Positions 1 through 9,517 of a stretch of 64,000 nt of DNA are shown here, one piece after another; within the stretch, counting starts at the first letter, position 1, and each line of letters begins with the position of its first letter. Below the pieces are notes generated by a model. It was not told the DNA's origin. It made no database searches and worked only from the letters and a program-made list of their open reading frames with translations. The position numbers and the translations under genes were made by a program. This stretch comes from an uncultured Solirubrobacterales bacterium (GTDB lineage Bacteria > Actinomycetota > Thermoleophilia > Solirubrobacterales > 70-9): assembly GCA_963796705.1 (NCBI GenBank), contig CAWCMK010000007.1:6641-70640 (forward strand). The letters run 5' to 3'.

Positions 1-885
1 CGGTCTACGTCGGCAAGCTCAAGTACAAGGACGAGCTGTTCGAGGGCGTGCACGAGCCGATCATCGGCGCCGAGCGCTGGGAGGAAGCCGCGCAGCTGAT
101 TGCCGCGAAACCCTCAAAGCGCGGTCGCCCGCCGAAAGCAAAGCGCCACCTGTTCACCGGCGGCTTCCTACGCTGCGCGGCCTGCGGGGATGCGATGTGT
201 CCCAGGACAAGGCCCGAGAGCGCTTACGAGTTCTATGAATGCAACGGGCGCATCCACGGCTGCAAGACGGGCGCGCTCCGCCGCGCCGATATCGACGGCG
301 CGGTGCTCGCCCACTTCGAGCAGACGGTGCTAGACGTGGAGGCAACGCGCGAGCAGGTCGCGGCGGCGATGGATCGCAAGCTGATCGAGGCAAGGGCTCT
401 CCTGGCGAGCGCCGAAGCCGAGGCCAAGGACGCCAAAGCCCGACTTGCCAAGATCAACCGTGACTACTCACACAGCGATCTCAGCATCGCCGAGTGGCGT
501 GGGTTTTGCGACGAGCTCGAGCCGGAGGAGGTGGCCGCCCGGGCAGAGGTCGAGCGCCTGCGCGAGCAGGTCAAGGCAGCCGAGTCAGGCGCGGCGGTGG
601 GTGCCGCAGAAGCCCAGGTCATCGAGCAATTGGCCGAGCTGCGCGCGGCGATCGCCGGGGACGTCAACGCGGCCGAGGGAATCGAGGCGGTGCGGGCCGT
701 GCTGCAGAGGCTCTTTGAGGGCTTCCTGCTTCATCTGGAGGTCCCGAGCGAGGCCCACGTTGAGCTGATCGGCGACGGCTACTGGATCGAGCCGATCGTC
801 AACGAGCGGGCAATCGCCGGCTATGACGAGAAGATGAAGCCGGTCCTTGCCAGGGAACCGCTTCAGCAAGCCGGAAACAATTACG
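1..885 (+). CDS. Large serine recombinase, C-terminal portion (gene begins upstream of the window)
   Basis: Frame 3 is open from base 3 (VYVGKLKYKDELFEGVHEPII...). It has a Cys-rich zinc-ribbon segment (FLRCAACGDAMCPR...YECNGRIHGCKTG) followed by a ~150-aa Ala/Glu/Arg-rich coiled-coil (AEAEAKDAKARLAKINRDY...REQVKAAES). This is the domain order of large serine recombinases. There is no stop codon before SDR-derived sequence starts at ~886-892. Confidence 0.75.
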
Positions 886-1661
886 GCGACGGTTCGGTGG
901 CGCTGCTCGACCTCGACGCCGGCGAGGCCGAGGATGCCGCCGCAAGGCTCGGCGAGCAGGCGTTCGGGATCGGGGCCGACGTCACCGACCACGGCGCGAT
1001 GATGGCCGCCGTGGCGGAGACAGTCGAGCGCTTCGGCGGCCTCGATGTGGCGGTCGCCAACGCCGGCATCGCGCAGTCGCGCCTGATGACCACGCGGGCG
1101 ATCGGCACCGAGGAATGGGAGCGGGTCTTCGAGGTCGACCTGCTCGGCGTCTGGCGAACCTGCCGGGCGGCGCTGCCGCAGGTCGTCGAGCGGCGCGGCC
1201 AGTTGGTCCTGATCTCCTCCGTCTACGCCTTCATGAACGGGATGGGCAACAGCCCCTACGCGGTCGCCAAGGCCGGGGTCGAGTCGATGGGCCGGACTCT
1301 TCGCACCGAGCTGCTGCCGCAGGGCGCGAGCGCCACCGTCGGCTACTTCGGCTGGGTCGACACGAAGCTCGTCCAGGATGCGATGGCCCAGGAGGACGCC
1401 GGGCGCCTCAACGAGTCCACCCCCGACTGGCTGCTGAAGCGGATCACCCCGGCGCAAGCCGGAGCCGCCCTGGTGAGCGGCATCGAGGAACGGGCCCCAC
1501 GGGTCTTCGCGCCGAAGTGGTGGCGCTACGTCTCGGCGATGCGCGGGATCGTGATGCCGCTGCTCGATCGGCGCATGGAACGCGACAACCGCATGGCCAC
1601 CTTCCTGCGCGACCTAGACGCGAAGACCGTCGACGCCGAGCGCACCTTCTCCGGCGGCTGA
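886..1661 (+). pseudogene. 5'-truncated short-chain dehydrogenase remnant, read in frame as the tail of the recombinase ORF (ORF track 48..1661)
   Basis: From SVALLDLDAGEAEDAAARLG... to the stop it aligns with residues ~34-286 of the intact paralogue at 1665..2525 (SVAVLDLDAGQASDAAERIG...). The N-terminal Rossmann segment (VVLITGAARGIG in the paralogue) is absent. Confidence 0.7.
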
Positions 1662-1664
1662 GAG

Positions 1665-2525
1665 GTGCCCGCCTACGACCTCAATGGCAAGGTCGTCCTG
1701 ATCACCGGCGCGGCCCGCGGCATCGGCTTTGAGACCGCGCGTCAGATGCACCTGCGCGGCGCCTCGGTCGCGGTCCTTGACCTCGACGCCGGCCAGGCTT
1801 CCGACGCCGCCGAGCGGATCGGCGAACGCACCCTGGCGATCGCCGCCGACGTCACCGACCAGGGGGCGATGCTGGCCGCCGTCGCCGAGGTGGTCGAGCG
1901 CTTCGGCGGCCTCGACGTGATCATCGCCAACGCCGGCATCGCGCCCGAAGGCGCGACCACACGGACGATGCCGCCGGAGGAATGGGAGAGGGTCGTCGAG
2001 GTCAACCTGCTCGGCGTCTGGCGCACCGTGCGAGCCGCGCTGCCGCAGATCTCCGAGCGTGGCGGGCAGGTCGTCCTGATCGGCTCGCTGGCGTCATTCC
2101 TCAACGGCATGATGCTGAGCCCCTACGCGGCCGCCAAGGCCGCGGTCGAGGCGCTCGGGAGGCCGTTGCGGGTCGAGCTGGCGCCCTTCGGGGCGAGCGC
2201 GACCGTCGCCTACTTCGGCTGGGTCGACACGGAGATGGTCCGCGATGGCCTCGACCGCCAACAGGGTGGTAAGCGCATACAGGAACTGCTGCCCAGCTTC
2301 TTCTTCAGGCGGATCCCGCCCGACGAGGCGGCGGCGGCGCTGGTCCGCGGCGTGGAGGAACGGGCGCCGCGCGTCTTCGCGCCGAAATGGTGGCGTTACG
2401 GCTCCGCCCTACGCGGGCTGCTCAACCCGGTCTTCGACCGGCGCATGGAGCGCGACGCGAAAGTGCGCGCGGCGATCCGCGGTGCCGAGTCCGACAGGGC
2501 TGCTGAGGAGGTCGACGCCGCCTGA
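1665..2525 (+). CDS. Short-chain dehydrogenase/reductase (SDR family oxidoreductase)
   Basis: 286 aa with the ITGAARGIG Rossmann motif, NAG motif (IIANAGIA) and YAAAK catalytic Tyr/Lys motif. It starts 4 nt after the stop of the upstream ORF. Confidence 0.9.
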   Translation: MPAYDLNGKVVLITGAARGIGFETARQMHLRGASVAVLDLDAGQASDAAERIGERTLAIAADVTDQGAMLAAVAEVVERFGGLDVIIANAGIAPEGATTRTMPPEEWERVVEVNLLGVWRTVRAALPQISERGGQVVLIGSLASFLNGMMLSPYAAAKAAVEALGRPLRVELAPFGASATVAYFGWVDTEMVRDGLDRQQGGKRIQELLPSFFFRRIPPDEAAAALVRGVEERAPRVFAPKWWRYGSALRGLLNPVFDRRMERDAKVRAAIRGAESDRAAEEVDAA

Positions 2526-2562
2526 GGCTCGCCGGCGACGCCGGCAAAGGGCGACGGCCGCC

Positions 2563-3189
2563 TCATGATCTCTGGCCTTCGAGCCGCGAGAACGCCCCGA
2601 GCAGGGCAAACCACCAGCCGGCGGCGAGCAACCAACCGCCGAGGACGTCGCTCGGGTAGTGGTAGTTGATGATCGGCAGCCCGAGGCTGACCGCCAGGGT
2701 GTAGAGAGCCCCGACCGCGACCGTCGGCCGCCGCCAGGTGGGCGGGACGACGGTGAGGAAGGCGAGCGAGATCGCCAGCGCCCCGGCGGAATGGCCGCTC
2801 GGATAGGAGTTGTCGAAGGGGTGAGCGCCCACGACCGCAATCGGGCGGTAGCGGGAGTGCGAAAGCAACGCCTGCAGAGCGATGTCGAGGAGGCCGGTGC
2901 CGGCGAGGAGGGCGAGGACGAGCACCGCATCCCAGACTCGGCTGCGCCCCAGCGCGATCAGGGTGGCGATCATCGCCCCGATCACCCAGGCCACGGGATC
3001 GGCGAGTTTCACGACCGCGTAGGCCGCTGCGTTGGCGAAGGACCCGGTGGGAGCGCTGAGGGCGTCGAGGACGTTGCGGTCGAGATGCTCGAGGGGCGCG
3101 ACCCAGTAGGCGAGGATGAGCACCACGGCGATGCCGGCGATACAGACGAGGCAACCCGCAACCGCATGTCGCCTGGCGCTCTCGACCAT
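2563..3189 (-). CDS. PAP2-family membrane phosphatase
   Basis: PAP2 motifs YPSGHSAG and HYPSDVLGG, with multiple TM segments. I take the start at ATG 3189 (MVESARRH...), preceded by GGAGGA. The longer ORF-track N-terminus (to 3621) is low-complexity and overlaps the divergent gene. Confidence 0.8.
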   Translation of the reverse strand: MVESARRHAVAGCLVCIAGIAVVLILAYWVAPLEHLDRNVLDALSAPTGSFANAAAYAVVKLADPVAWVIGAMIATLIALGRSRVWDAVLVLALLAGTGLLDIALQALLSHSRYRPIAVVGAHPFDNSYPSGHSAGALAISLAFLTVVPPTWRRPTVAVGALYTLAVSLGLPIINYHYPSDVLGGWLLAAGWWFALLGAFSRLEGQRS

Positions 3190-3219
3190 TCCTCCCGCAA
3201 TTAATTCAGAATCGGCCCG

Positions 3220-3759
3220 GTGAGCAGACGGTCTCGCAGGATGTGGCTGATCCTCTCCGGAGCGGCGATGATCGGCTGCTGGGTGGCGATGGGCGCGATC
3301 GAACGGCGCCTGCCCGCGGGCACACCGGGGATCATCGACTTCGAGTTCGTGGGGAACAGCTCCCGGGCGGCGCGTTTCCTCTCTGAATGGGGACCCGAAG
3401 GGCGCAACGCGGTTCGTCTCTCGCTCTGGATCGACTACGGCTTCATGCTCAGCTACGGAACGTTCGTCACCGTTGCCGGCCTGGCGACGCGCGACCTCGG
3501 CCGTGAGCGTGGACTGAGAAGGCTTGCCGGAGCGGGCCGGGTCCTCCCCTGGTTCGCGGCCGTAGCCGCGCTCTTCGACGCCGTTGAAAACGCCTTCCTG
3601 CTGCTGATAATCAGCGGCCACGGAGGCGGCGCTGCCCCGGTCCTGGCGACCGCGTGCTCGATCGTCAAGTGGACGCTGATAACTCTCGCGGTCGCCTATG
3701 TGGCCTGGGGGCTCATCGCCCGCGTCAGCTCCTCAAGGAGGATCACCACCGACTCGTAG
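3220..3759 (+). CDS. Hypothetical integral membrane protein
   Basis: 179-aa ORF with 4-5 hydrophobic segments (MWLILSGAAMIGCWVAMGAI, FMLSYGTFVTVAGLA, VLPWFAAVAALFDAV, WTLITLAVAYVAWGLIA). No recognised motif. Its 3' end overlaps the convergent oxidase gene by ~60 nt. Confidence 0.5.
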   Translation: MSRRSRRMWLILSGAAMIGCWVAMGAIERRLPAGTPGIIDFEFVGNSSRAARFLSEWGPEGRNAVRLSLWIDYGFMLSYGTFVTVAGLATRDLGRERGLRRLAGAGRVLPWFAAVAALFDAVENAFLLLIISGHGGGAAPVLATACSIVKWTLITLAVAYVAWGLIARVSSSRRITTDS

Positions 3760-6509
3760 TTCTCGCCGGTGGCGCGAGCGAGGCCGATCTCGCAGGTACG
3801 GTTGCTGGAGAGGCGAGCGTCGAAGCGGCGCCCGGCGAGCTCCGCGGCCTCCTCGCGGAGGGCCGCCTCGGTCAGCTCAGGGTGGCTGATTCCGCGGTCG
3901 CCGGCGAAGCCACAGCAGGTCGCCGAGGTCGGCACCTGAACCTGATCGGCGAGGGCCGCGGCGAGCGAGCGAAGGCGCGGGGCCAGGCCCATCAGGCGGG
4001 TCGCGCAGGTCGGGTGGATCGTCGCCGAGCCGACCCGGCGGCCGACCTCGAGGTTGGGCAGCAGGTGGTCGTGGGCCCAGATGATCGAGTCGAGGATTTC
4101 GAGCTTTGCGAGTCGCTCGGCGTTGACCTCCTCGAGCGTTCCCTCGCCGGGCGTCGCGATCGCCTGCGTGCAGGAGGTGGCGTCGACGACGATCGGCAGC
4201 TCACCTTCGCCGCTCCACTCCCAGATGCGCTCCAGCATCTCGTTGGACTTGTGACGGTGAGCCTCGGAGAAGCCTTTCGAGCCCCATGGCAGACCGCAGC
4301 AGGAGCCGGAGACCCCGTCGGGGACCCAGACAGGCAGGCCCGCCCGCCGCGAAACCTCGACCATGGCCGCGACCGGGTTGCCAGCGAAGATCCGGTTGGT
4401 GCAGGACGGGACGTAGAGTGCGGCGGCGCCCTCGCGGGCGGTCGCCGGCAGCGAGCCGCTCGCCGCGCCGGGAAGGTCGCGACCGCGCTTCGTGCGACGC
4501 ACCAGCGGCCCGCCGACGCGCAGGCCAGCTCGCGAGGCCCGCTCGACGGCGCCCCAGCGCTTCGCGGCGCGCAGCGCCCGCGCCTCGGCGCGCGGTGAAT
4601 GCCCCTCCGCCCGCAGCTCCTTGACGAGCCTGCCGGTGTCGATCCCGACCGGGCAGGCAAGCTGGCAGGAACCGTCGGCTGCACAGGTCTCGAGGCCGTC
4701 GTATTCGAACTCCTCGAGCAGCGCCGTGCGCAACCGTGAGCCCTCCGGCTGGCGGGCGATCTCGCGCCGCAGGACGATCCGCTGGCGCGGGGTCGTGGTC
4801 AGGTGGCGACTCGGGCAGACCGGCTCGCAGAAGCCGCACTCGACGCAGGTCGTCGCCGACTCCTCGATCGGCGGCGTCGTCTTCAGATTGCGCAGGTGAA
4901 CGCCAGGGTCGCGGTTGAGCACGACGCCGGGGGCGAGGACCCCGTCGGGGTCCGCCAGCGCCTTCACCCGCCACATCAACTCGGTCGCCTTGGCCCCCCA
5001 CTCGCGCTCGACGTAGGGGGCCATATTGATCCCGGTCCCATGCTCGGCCTTCAGCGAGCCGTCATACTTGCCGACGATCAGCTCGACCAGTTTCGCCATG
5101 AAGGCCTCGTAACGCTCGAGGTCCTCCTCCTTGGCGAAGTCGGGGGTCAGCATGAAGTGCAGGTTCCCGGCCGAAGCGTGGCCGGCAACCCCGGGTAGGA
5201 AGCCGTGCTCGCCAAGCAACGCCTGCAGGTCGCGGGCGCCCTCGGCGATCCGCTCCGGCGGCACGCAGACGTCCTCGACGATCAGCGAGGTGCCGGGTAC
5301 CCGCACGCGGCCGACCAGGCCGTGCAGACCCTCTCGCACGCGCCAGGCGAGCTCGATCTCGTCCGGGTCTCGGGTGAAGGTCAGCGGCCGGATCGTCTCC
5401 CGCGAGGCGAGGATCGCCTCCGCCTTCTCGAGGTAGGCGTCGAGCTGCGAATCGCTCTCGGCGCCGAACTCGACCAGCAGGGCGGCCGACTCGGGCGGCA
5501 GCTCCTTCCACTCCTCGGGGGCGCCGACCATGTTCCAGGCGGCGGTGATCAGCGCCGGAGCGACCATCAGCTCGACCGCGGTGGCGCCCGCTTCGACGAA
5601 CTCGCGGACCGGCTCGATCGCCCCGTCGATCCCGGGGAAGTGGATCCAGGCGGTGGTCGTCCGCGCGGGCACCGGGACCGTCTCGAAGACCGCCTCGCCG
5701 ATGAAGCCCAGGGTGCCCTCGGAGCCGACCAGCAGGCGCCGGAAGATCTCCAGCGGCTCCTCGGCGTCGAGGAAGGCACAGAGACGGTACCCGGTCGTGT
5801 TCTTGATCGCGAACTTGGCGCGGATCCGGGTGCGGAGCTGCTCCTCGGCGCGGATCTCGTCGCGGATCGACTCCAGCCCGGCCGCCAGCTCGGGCTCCTC
5901 GGCGGCGAAGCGCTCGGCGGCACCAGGCGCAGCGGTGTCGATCGTCGTCCCCGAGGGCAGCACGAAGGTCATCGAGCGCAGTGTCGAGTAGGAGTCCTTG
6001 GTTGTCCCGCAGCGCATGCCGCCGGAGTTATTGGCGATAACCCCGCCGACGCAGGCGATCTCGGTGCTAGCCGGGTCGGGCCCGAGTTTGCGCCCGTGCG
6101 CCGCCAGCACGCGATTCGCGTGGCCGAGGACCGTGCCCGGCTTGAGGCGCGCGAGGGCGCCCTCCCCCTCGACCGCAACCCCGGTGAAGTGGCGGCGCAC
6201 GTCGACGAGGATGCCGTCGCTCTGCCCCTGCCCGTTAAGGCTCGTGCCGCCGGCCCTGAAGGTCACCGGGACCCCCTTGCCGCGCCCGTAGTCGAGGACC
6301 TTGGCGACGTCGCCGGTGTCGTGGGCCATGACGACGACTTGCGGAAGCAGCCGATAGGGACTGGCGTCGGATGCATAGCGGACGATGTCACTCGCCCGGC
6401 CAAGGACGCGATCGGCGCCGAGAAGCGCCTCGAGCTCGCCCCGCAGCGGCTGCGCCGTGCCGCTCGCGAGCGACTCGGGGGCGCGGTCAGTGGCGGCCAC
6501 GTCGGCCAT
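3696..6509 (-). CDS. FAD-binding and (Fe-S)-binding oxidoreductase (D-lactate/glycolate dehydrogenase-like fusion, YdiJ-type)
   Basis: N-terminal FAD-binding PCMH-type region (VVVMAHDTGDVAKVLDYGRGKGVPVTFRAGGTSLNGQ), two ferredoxin-type Cys clusters (CVECGFCEPVCPS, CAADGSCQLACPVGID) and CCG-type motifs (SGSCCGLPWG, TCCGFAGDRG). Start taken at ATG 6509 (MADVAATDR...), 2 nt after the stop of the upstream gene. Confidence 0.85.
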   Translation of the reverse strand: MADVAATDRAPESLASGTAQPLRGELEALLGADRVLGRASDIVRYASDASPYRLLPQVVVMAHDTGDVAKVLDYGRGKGVPVTFRAGGTSLNGQGQSDGILVDVRRHFTGVAVEGEGALARLKPGTVLGHANRVLAAHGRKLGPDPASTEIACVGGVIANNSGGMRCGTTKDSYSTLRSMTFVLPSGTTIDTAAPGAAERFAAEEPELAAGLESIRDEIRAEEQLRTRIRAKFAIKNTTGYRLCAFLDAEEPLEIFRRLLVGSEGTLGFIGEAVFETVPVPARTTTAWIHFPGIDGAIEPVREFVEAGATAVELMVAPALITAAWNMVGAPEEWKELPPESAALLVEFGAESDSQLDAYLEKAEAILASRETIRPLTFTRDPDEIELAWRVREGLHGLVGRVRVPGTSLIVEDVCVPPERIAEGARDLQALLGEHGFLPGVAGHASAGNLHFMLTPDFAKEEDLERYEAFMAKLVELIVGKYDGSLKAEHGTGINMAPYVEREWGAKATELMWRVKALADPDGVLAPGVVLNRDPGVHLRNLKTTPPIEESATTCVECGFCEPVCPSRHLTTTPRQRIVLRREIARQPEGSRLRTALLEEFEYDGLETCAADGSCQLACPVGIDTGRLVKELRAEGHSPRAEARALRAAKRWGAVERASRAGLRVGGPLVRRTKRGRDLPGAASGSLPATAREGAAALYVPSCTNRIFAGNPVAAMVEVSRRAGLPVWVPDGVSGSCCGLPWGSKGFSEAHRHKSNEMLERIWEWSGEGELPIVVDATSCTQAIATPGEGTLEEVNAERLAKLEILDSIIWAHDHLLPNLEVGRRVGSATIHPTCATRLMGLAPRLRSLAAALADQVQVPTSATCCGFAGDRGISHPELTEAALREEAAELAGRRFDARLSSNRTCEIGLARATGENYESVVILLEELTRAMSPQAT

Positions 6510-6511
6510 CC

Positions 6512-8122
6512 TTAAAAGAGCGACATGCCCGGGGCGACCGGGACTTCGACCAGCTCGGGGGCCGAGGAGGAGATCGCCTTCTGCAGCGCCGCGGCGACCG
6601 TGTCGCGGTCCGAGGCGCGAGAGGACTCGACTCCGTATCCGCCGGCCACCGCTGCGACGTCGAGCGCCGGCAGGTCGAGGCCCGGGGCGGCGTTGACCTG
6701 CTCGACCTCCGCGAACCACTTGAGGATCGCGTACTCGGAGTTGCGCAGGACGAGGAAGGTGACAGGCACGTCATAGGCGACGGCGCTCCAGAAGGCGCTG
6801 ACCGCATACTGGACCGAGCCCTCGCCGATCACGCAGACCACGGGGCGGTCGGGCTCGGCGAGCTGCACTCCAACCGAGGCTGCGAGACCGAAGCCAAGAC
6901 CGCCTCCGGCGCTGAAGTAGTAGCTGCCCGGCCGCGAGAGGCGCAACTGGTTGCGAAGCGCCAGGGTGCTCGAGGGGGACTCGAGGACGACAATCGCGTC
7001 CTCGGGCAGGACCTCGGCCAGCGCCGAGTGGACGGTCGAGGAGTCAAGCGGCTCGCGGGGCGGGATTTCCTGCGGAGGGGGGTTGGGCTCCGGGGCGGGG
7101 CGGGAGGACTCCCCCACCGCCTCCAGCAGCGCCTCCAGGGTGAGCTTCACGTCGGCGATGATCGCGTCGCCCATCGGCGCCCGCGCCGCCTCGTCGGGAT
7201 CGCTGGTGATCGCGACAAGCGAGGCGCCCTCGGGCAGCAGCGGGCCCGGGATGTAGGGGTAGTAGGGGAAGACCGAGCTGCCGACCACGAGGATCAGGTC
7301 GTGGCCCTCAAGCGTCTGGCCGACGGGGCCGATCGCCGGTGGCAGGACACCGCGGAAATTGGCGTGGCCCTCGGGGAAGCCGAGACGGACGCCGCCGGTC
7401 GCGGGGCTGGCCCAGACGGGCAGCCGCTGGCGCTCGGCGAGCGCCACGGCGGCCTCCCAGCCACCGCTTGCATCGATGTCGGGGCCCGCGACGAGGACCG
7501 GAGCGGTCGCGGAATCAAGCCGCTCGGCGAGCGCCCGGACGGCCTCGGGATCGGCGACCGCGCGACCGCTGACGGCACGGCCGATCGCGTGACCGACGTC
7601 CGCCTCATCGACCTCGGCGTACCAGTCATCCATCGGCAGCGAGACGAAGACCGGGCCCCTGGGCGCGAGGCCGGCGAGGTGCGCGCCGCGGGCGAGGGCC
7701 AGGGGCACGTCCTGGGCCCGGGCCGGCTCATAGGACCACTTGACCAACGGATGTGGCATGCGGATCGCGTCGCGGTTGGTGAGGTTGGCCTGCAGGGTGA
7801 TCTGGGCGCGGTGCTGCTGGCCGGCGGTAATCAGCAGCGGCGAGTGGTTTGCCTGGGCATTGAAGATCGCCCCCATCGCGTTGCCGAGACCCGGTGCGGT
7901 GTGCAGATTGGCGAGGGTCGTGCGGCCCGAGGCCTGGGCGAAGCCGTCGGCCATGCCGACCACGACCGCCTCCTGCAGGCCGAGCACATAGCGAAAGTCC
8001 GCCGGGAACTCGGCGAGCATCGGCAGCTCGGTCGAGCCCGGGTTGCCGAACATCGTCGTCATCCCCCGGGCGCGGAAGAGGTCGAAGCTCGCCTCACGGA
8101 CGCTCGCCATGGGCCGCACCAT
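6512..8122 (-). CDS. mdlC: Thiamine-diphosphate enzyme, benzoylformate decarboxylase-like
   Basis: It matches my memory of Pseudomonas MdlC along the full length: MASV..., FGNPGSTELPML, FRYVLGLQEAVVVGMADGFAQAS, LVKWSYEPA, DEAARAPMGDAIIAD, PGSYYFSAGGGLGFGLAASVGVQLAEP. The real start may be the second Met (8110). Confidence 0.75.
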   Translation of the reverse strand: MVRPMASVREASFDLFRARGMTTMFGNPGSTELPMLAEFPADFRYVLGLQEAVVVGMADGFAQASGRTTLANLHTAPGLGNAMGAIFNAQANHSPLLITAGQQHRAQITLQANLTNRDAIRMPHPLVKWSYEPARAQDVPLALARGAHLAGLAPRGPVFVSLPMDDWYAEVDEADVGHAIGRAVSGRAVADPEAVRALAERLDSATAPVLVAGPDIDASGGWEAAVALAERQRLPVWASPATGGVRLGFPEGHANFRGVLPPAIGPVGQTLEGHDLILVVGSSVFPYYPYIPGPLLPEGASLVAITSDPDEAARAPMGDAIIADVKLTLEALLEAVGESSRPAPEPNPPPQEIPPREPLDSSTVHSALAEVLPEDAIVVLESPSSTLALRNQLRLSRPGSYYFSAGGGLGFGLAASVGVQLAEPDRPVVCVIGEGSVQYAVSAFWSAVAYDVPVTFLVLRNSEYAILKWFAEVEQVNAAPGLDLPALDVAAVAGGYGVESSRASDRDTVAAALQKAISSSAPELVEVPVAPGMSLF

Positions 8123-8171
8123 ATCTTCGAGGGCTCAGATCCAGCCTGGCCCTCGCCGATAAGCAGAGGAG

Positions 8172-8897
8172 ATGGCCGCACCCGGAGACATCAATCGCGC
8201 GGGCGGAGTGAGGCTGCGCATATGGCTCGCGACCCTCGCCCTGCTGATCCTCGGATCAATAGCAATAGGCGCCGGAGCCCCCGCCGCCAACGCCGGCCCG
8301 GCGAGCACCAGGATCCTCCACGCGGCCGGCAAGATCGTGCCGATCCCGGCCCAGATCCCGCACGAAGCGGGCGACATGGTCGATCGTCGCATCGTCCCCG
8401 ACCTGCTGTGGATCGCCCGCCACTACCCGATCTACATCACCGATGGCTACTCGGGTCCGCTGCCGAACGGAACCCATGTCGGTTGCGACCGTTGCCACGT
8501 GCCCGGCTCCGACCATTACGTCGGGCTGGCCGTCGACATCGTCCCGGTGGGCGGGGGAACAACCTGCGATGCCAAGTGGGCACCGATCACGCGGCTCGCC
8601 GAATGGGCCGAGCCGAGCCAGAATCACCCGGTGCCGCCCTTCCGCTGGGTCGGCTATAACGGCGACGCCGGCCACGGCTGCGGCAACCACCTGCACCTCT
8701 CCTGGAACCATGCGCCGGCGGCCGAATACACCCTCGCCGAATGGGTCGAAGTCTTCAGGGTGCCCGGCGAAGGTTCCCAGACCCCGGTCAGACCGACGAG
8801 GGCACCGCGGAAACCAAAGCAGTCACTGCCCAAGGGCCCACCCGGCGGCCTCTCTGCGGGACAGTCAGGCGGGGTCGCAGCTGGAGCGGGCGATTGA
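8172..8897 (+). CDS. Secreted LAS-family zinc peptidase (peptidase M15 / VanY-like)
   Basis: N-terminal hydrophobic signal or anchor (LRIWLATLALLILGSIAIGAGAPAANA). It has an SxHxxGxAxD-type motif (SDHYVGLAVDI) and a distal His motif (GNHLHLSW). The Pro/Gly-rich C-terminus is low complexity. Confidence 0.55.
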   Translation: MAAPGDINRAGGVRLRIWLATLALLILGSIAIGAGAPAANAGPASTRILHAAGKIVPIPAQIPHEAGDMVDRRIVPDLLWIARHYPIYITDGYSGPLPNGTHVGCDRCHVPGSDHYVGLAVDIVPVGGGTTCDAKWAPITRLAEWAEPSQNHPVPPFRWVGYNGDAGHGCGNHLHLSWNHAPAAEYTLAEWVEVFRVPGEGSQTPVRPTRAPRKPKQSLPKGPPGGLSAGQSGGVAAGAGD

Positions 8898-8948
8898 GGT
8901 TTTGCCTCACCGGCAGGGTTCTCGGGTGCCACGATAGCGTGATGAGCG

Positions 8949-9422
8949 ATGCGCATCGCACCCGCCCTGCTCGCCGCCCTGACCCTGGCCGCCGGCCTGT
9001 CCGCCTGCGGCGGGATCTCTGACACAACGCCACCGGCCTGCCTCGAAGGGCCGGCGCATTACATGGACGCGCTGGAGCGCTATCCCGGAAAGGTGGAGCT
9101 GCGTGGAGGGGTGCCGCTCAGCGCCTGTCTGGCGGAAAACCAGCAGGCTGGGGACCTGGCGAGCGTCGGCACCGCGCTGGTGGTGGTCGCCACCCGACTG
9201 AATGCCCAGGCCCGCGCCGAACCCGGCGGTCAGGCCAACCTCGAGCTCGGGTACCTGCTGGGCGCGGCGCAGCGGGGGGCCGATCGCAGTGAAGGTATCC
9301 ACGCCGAGCTGCTACGTCGCCTGAGCGCAGCCGCCCGCTACAGCCGCGACAACCGGCCGCTTCCCCCGCAATTCAACGAGACCTACGAAGAGGGCTTCAA
9401 CCTTGGGCACGCAAGCGGCTAG
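8949..9422 (+). CDS. Hypothetical lipoprotein
   Basis: Signal peptide with a lipobox (ALTLAAGLSAC-GG). 157 aa with no recognised domain. Confidence 0.65.
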   Translation: MRIAPALLAALTLAAGLSACGGISDTTPPACLEGPAHYMDALERYPGKVELRGGVPLSACLAENQQAGDLASVGTALVVVATRLNAQARAEPGGQANLELGYLLGAAQRGADRSEGIHAELLRRLSAAARYSRDNRPLPPQFNETYEEGFNLGHASG

Positions 9423-9485
9423 GCCGCGATCCACACCGACGGCAGCTGCCCCGAAGTCCAAGCGTCAGGCTGTGGCAAGGCGACC

Positions 9486-9517
9486 GGGCGTCGAGGCTAA
9501 GTGTTGCCCCGACGCCC
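9486..9517. terminator. GC-rich hairpin in a convergent intergenic region, a possible bidirectional I-shaped terminator
   Basis: GGGCGTCG (9486-9493) pairs with CGACGCCC (9510-9517), and further GGC/GCC pairs are possible inside the loop. There is no U-tract on either strand. Confidence 0.3.

Noticed and set aside
2529-2543. GCCGGC-GAC-GCCGGC hairpin between the convergent SDR and PAP2 genes, as a possible terminator.
   Set aside because: It has only a 6-bp stem with a 3-nt loop and no U-tract. This is too weak to call.
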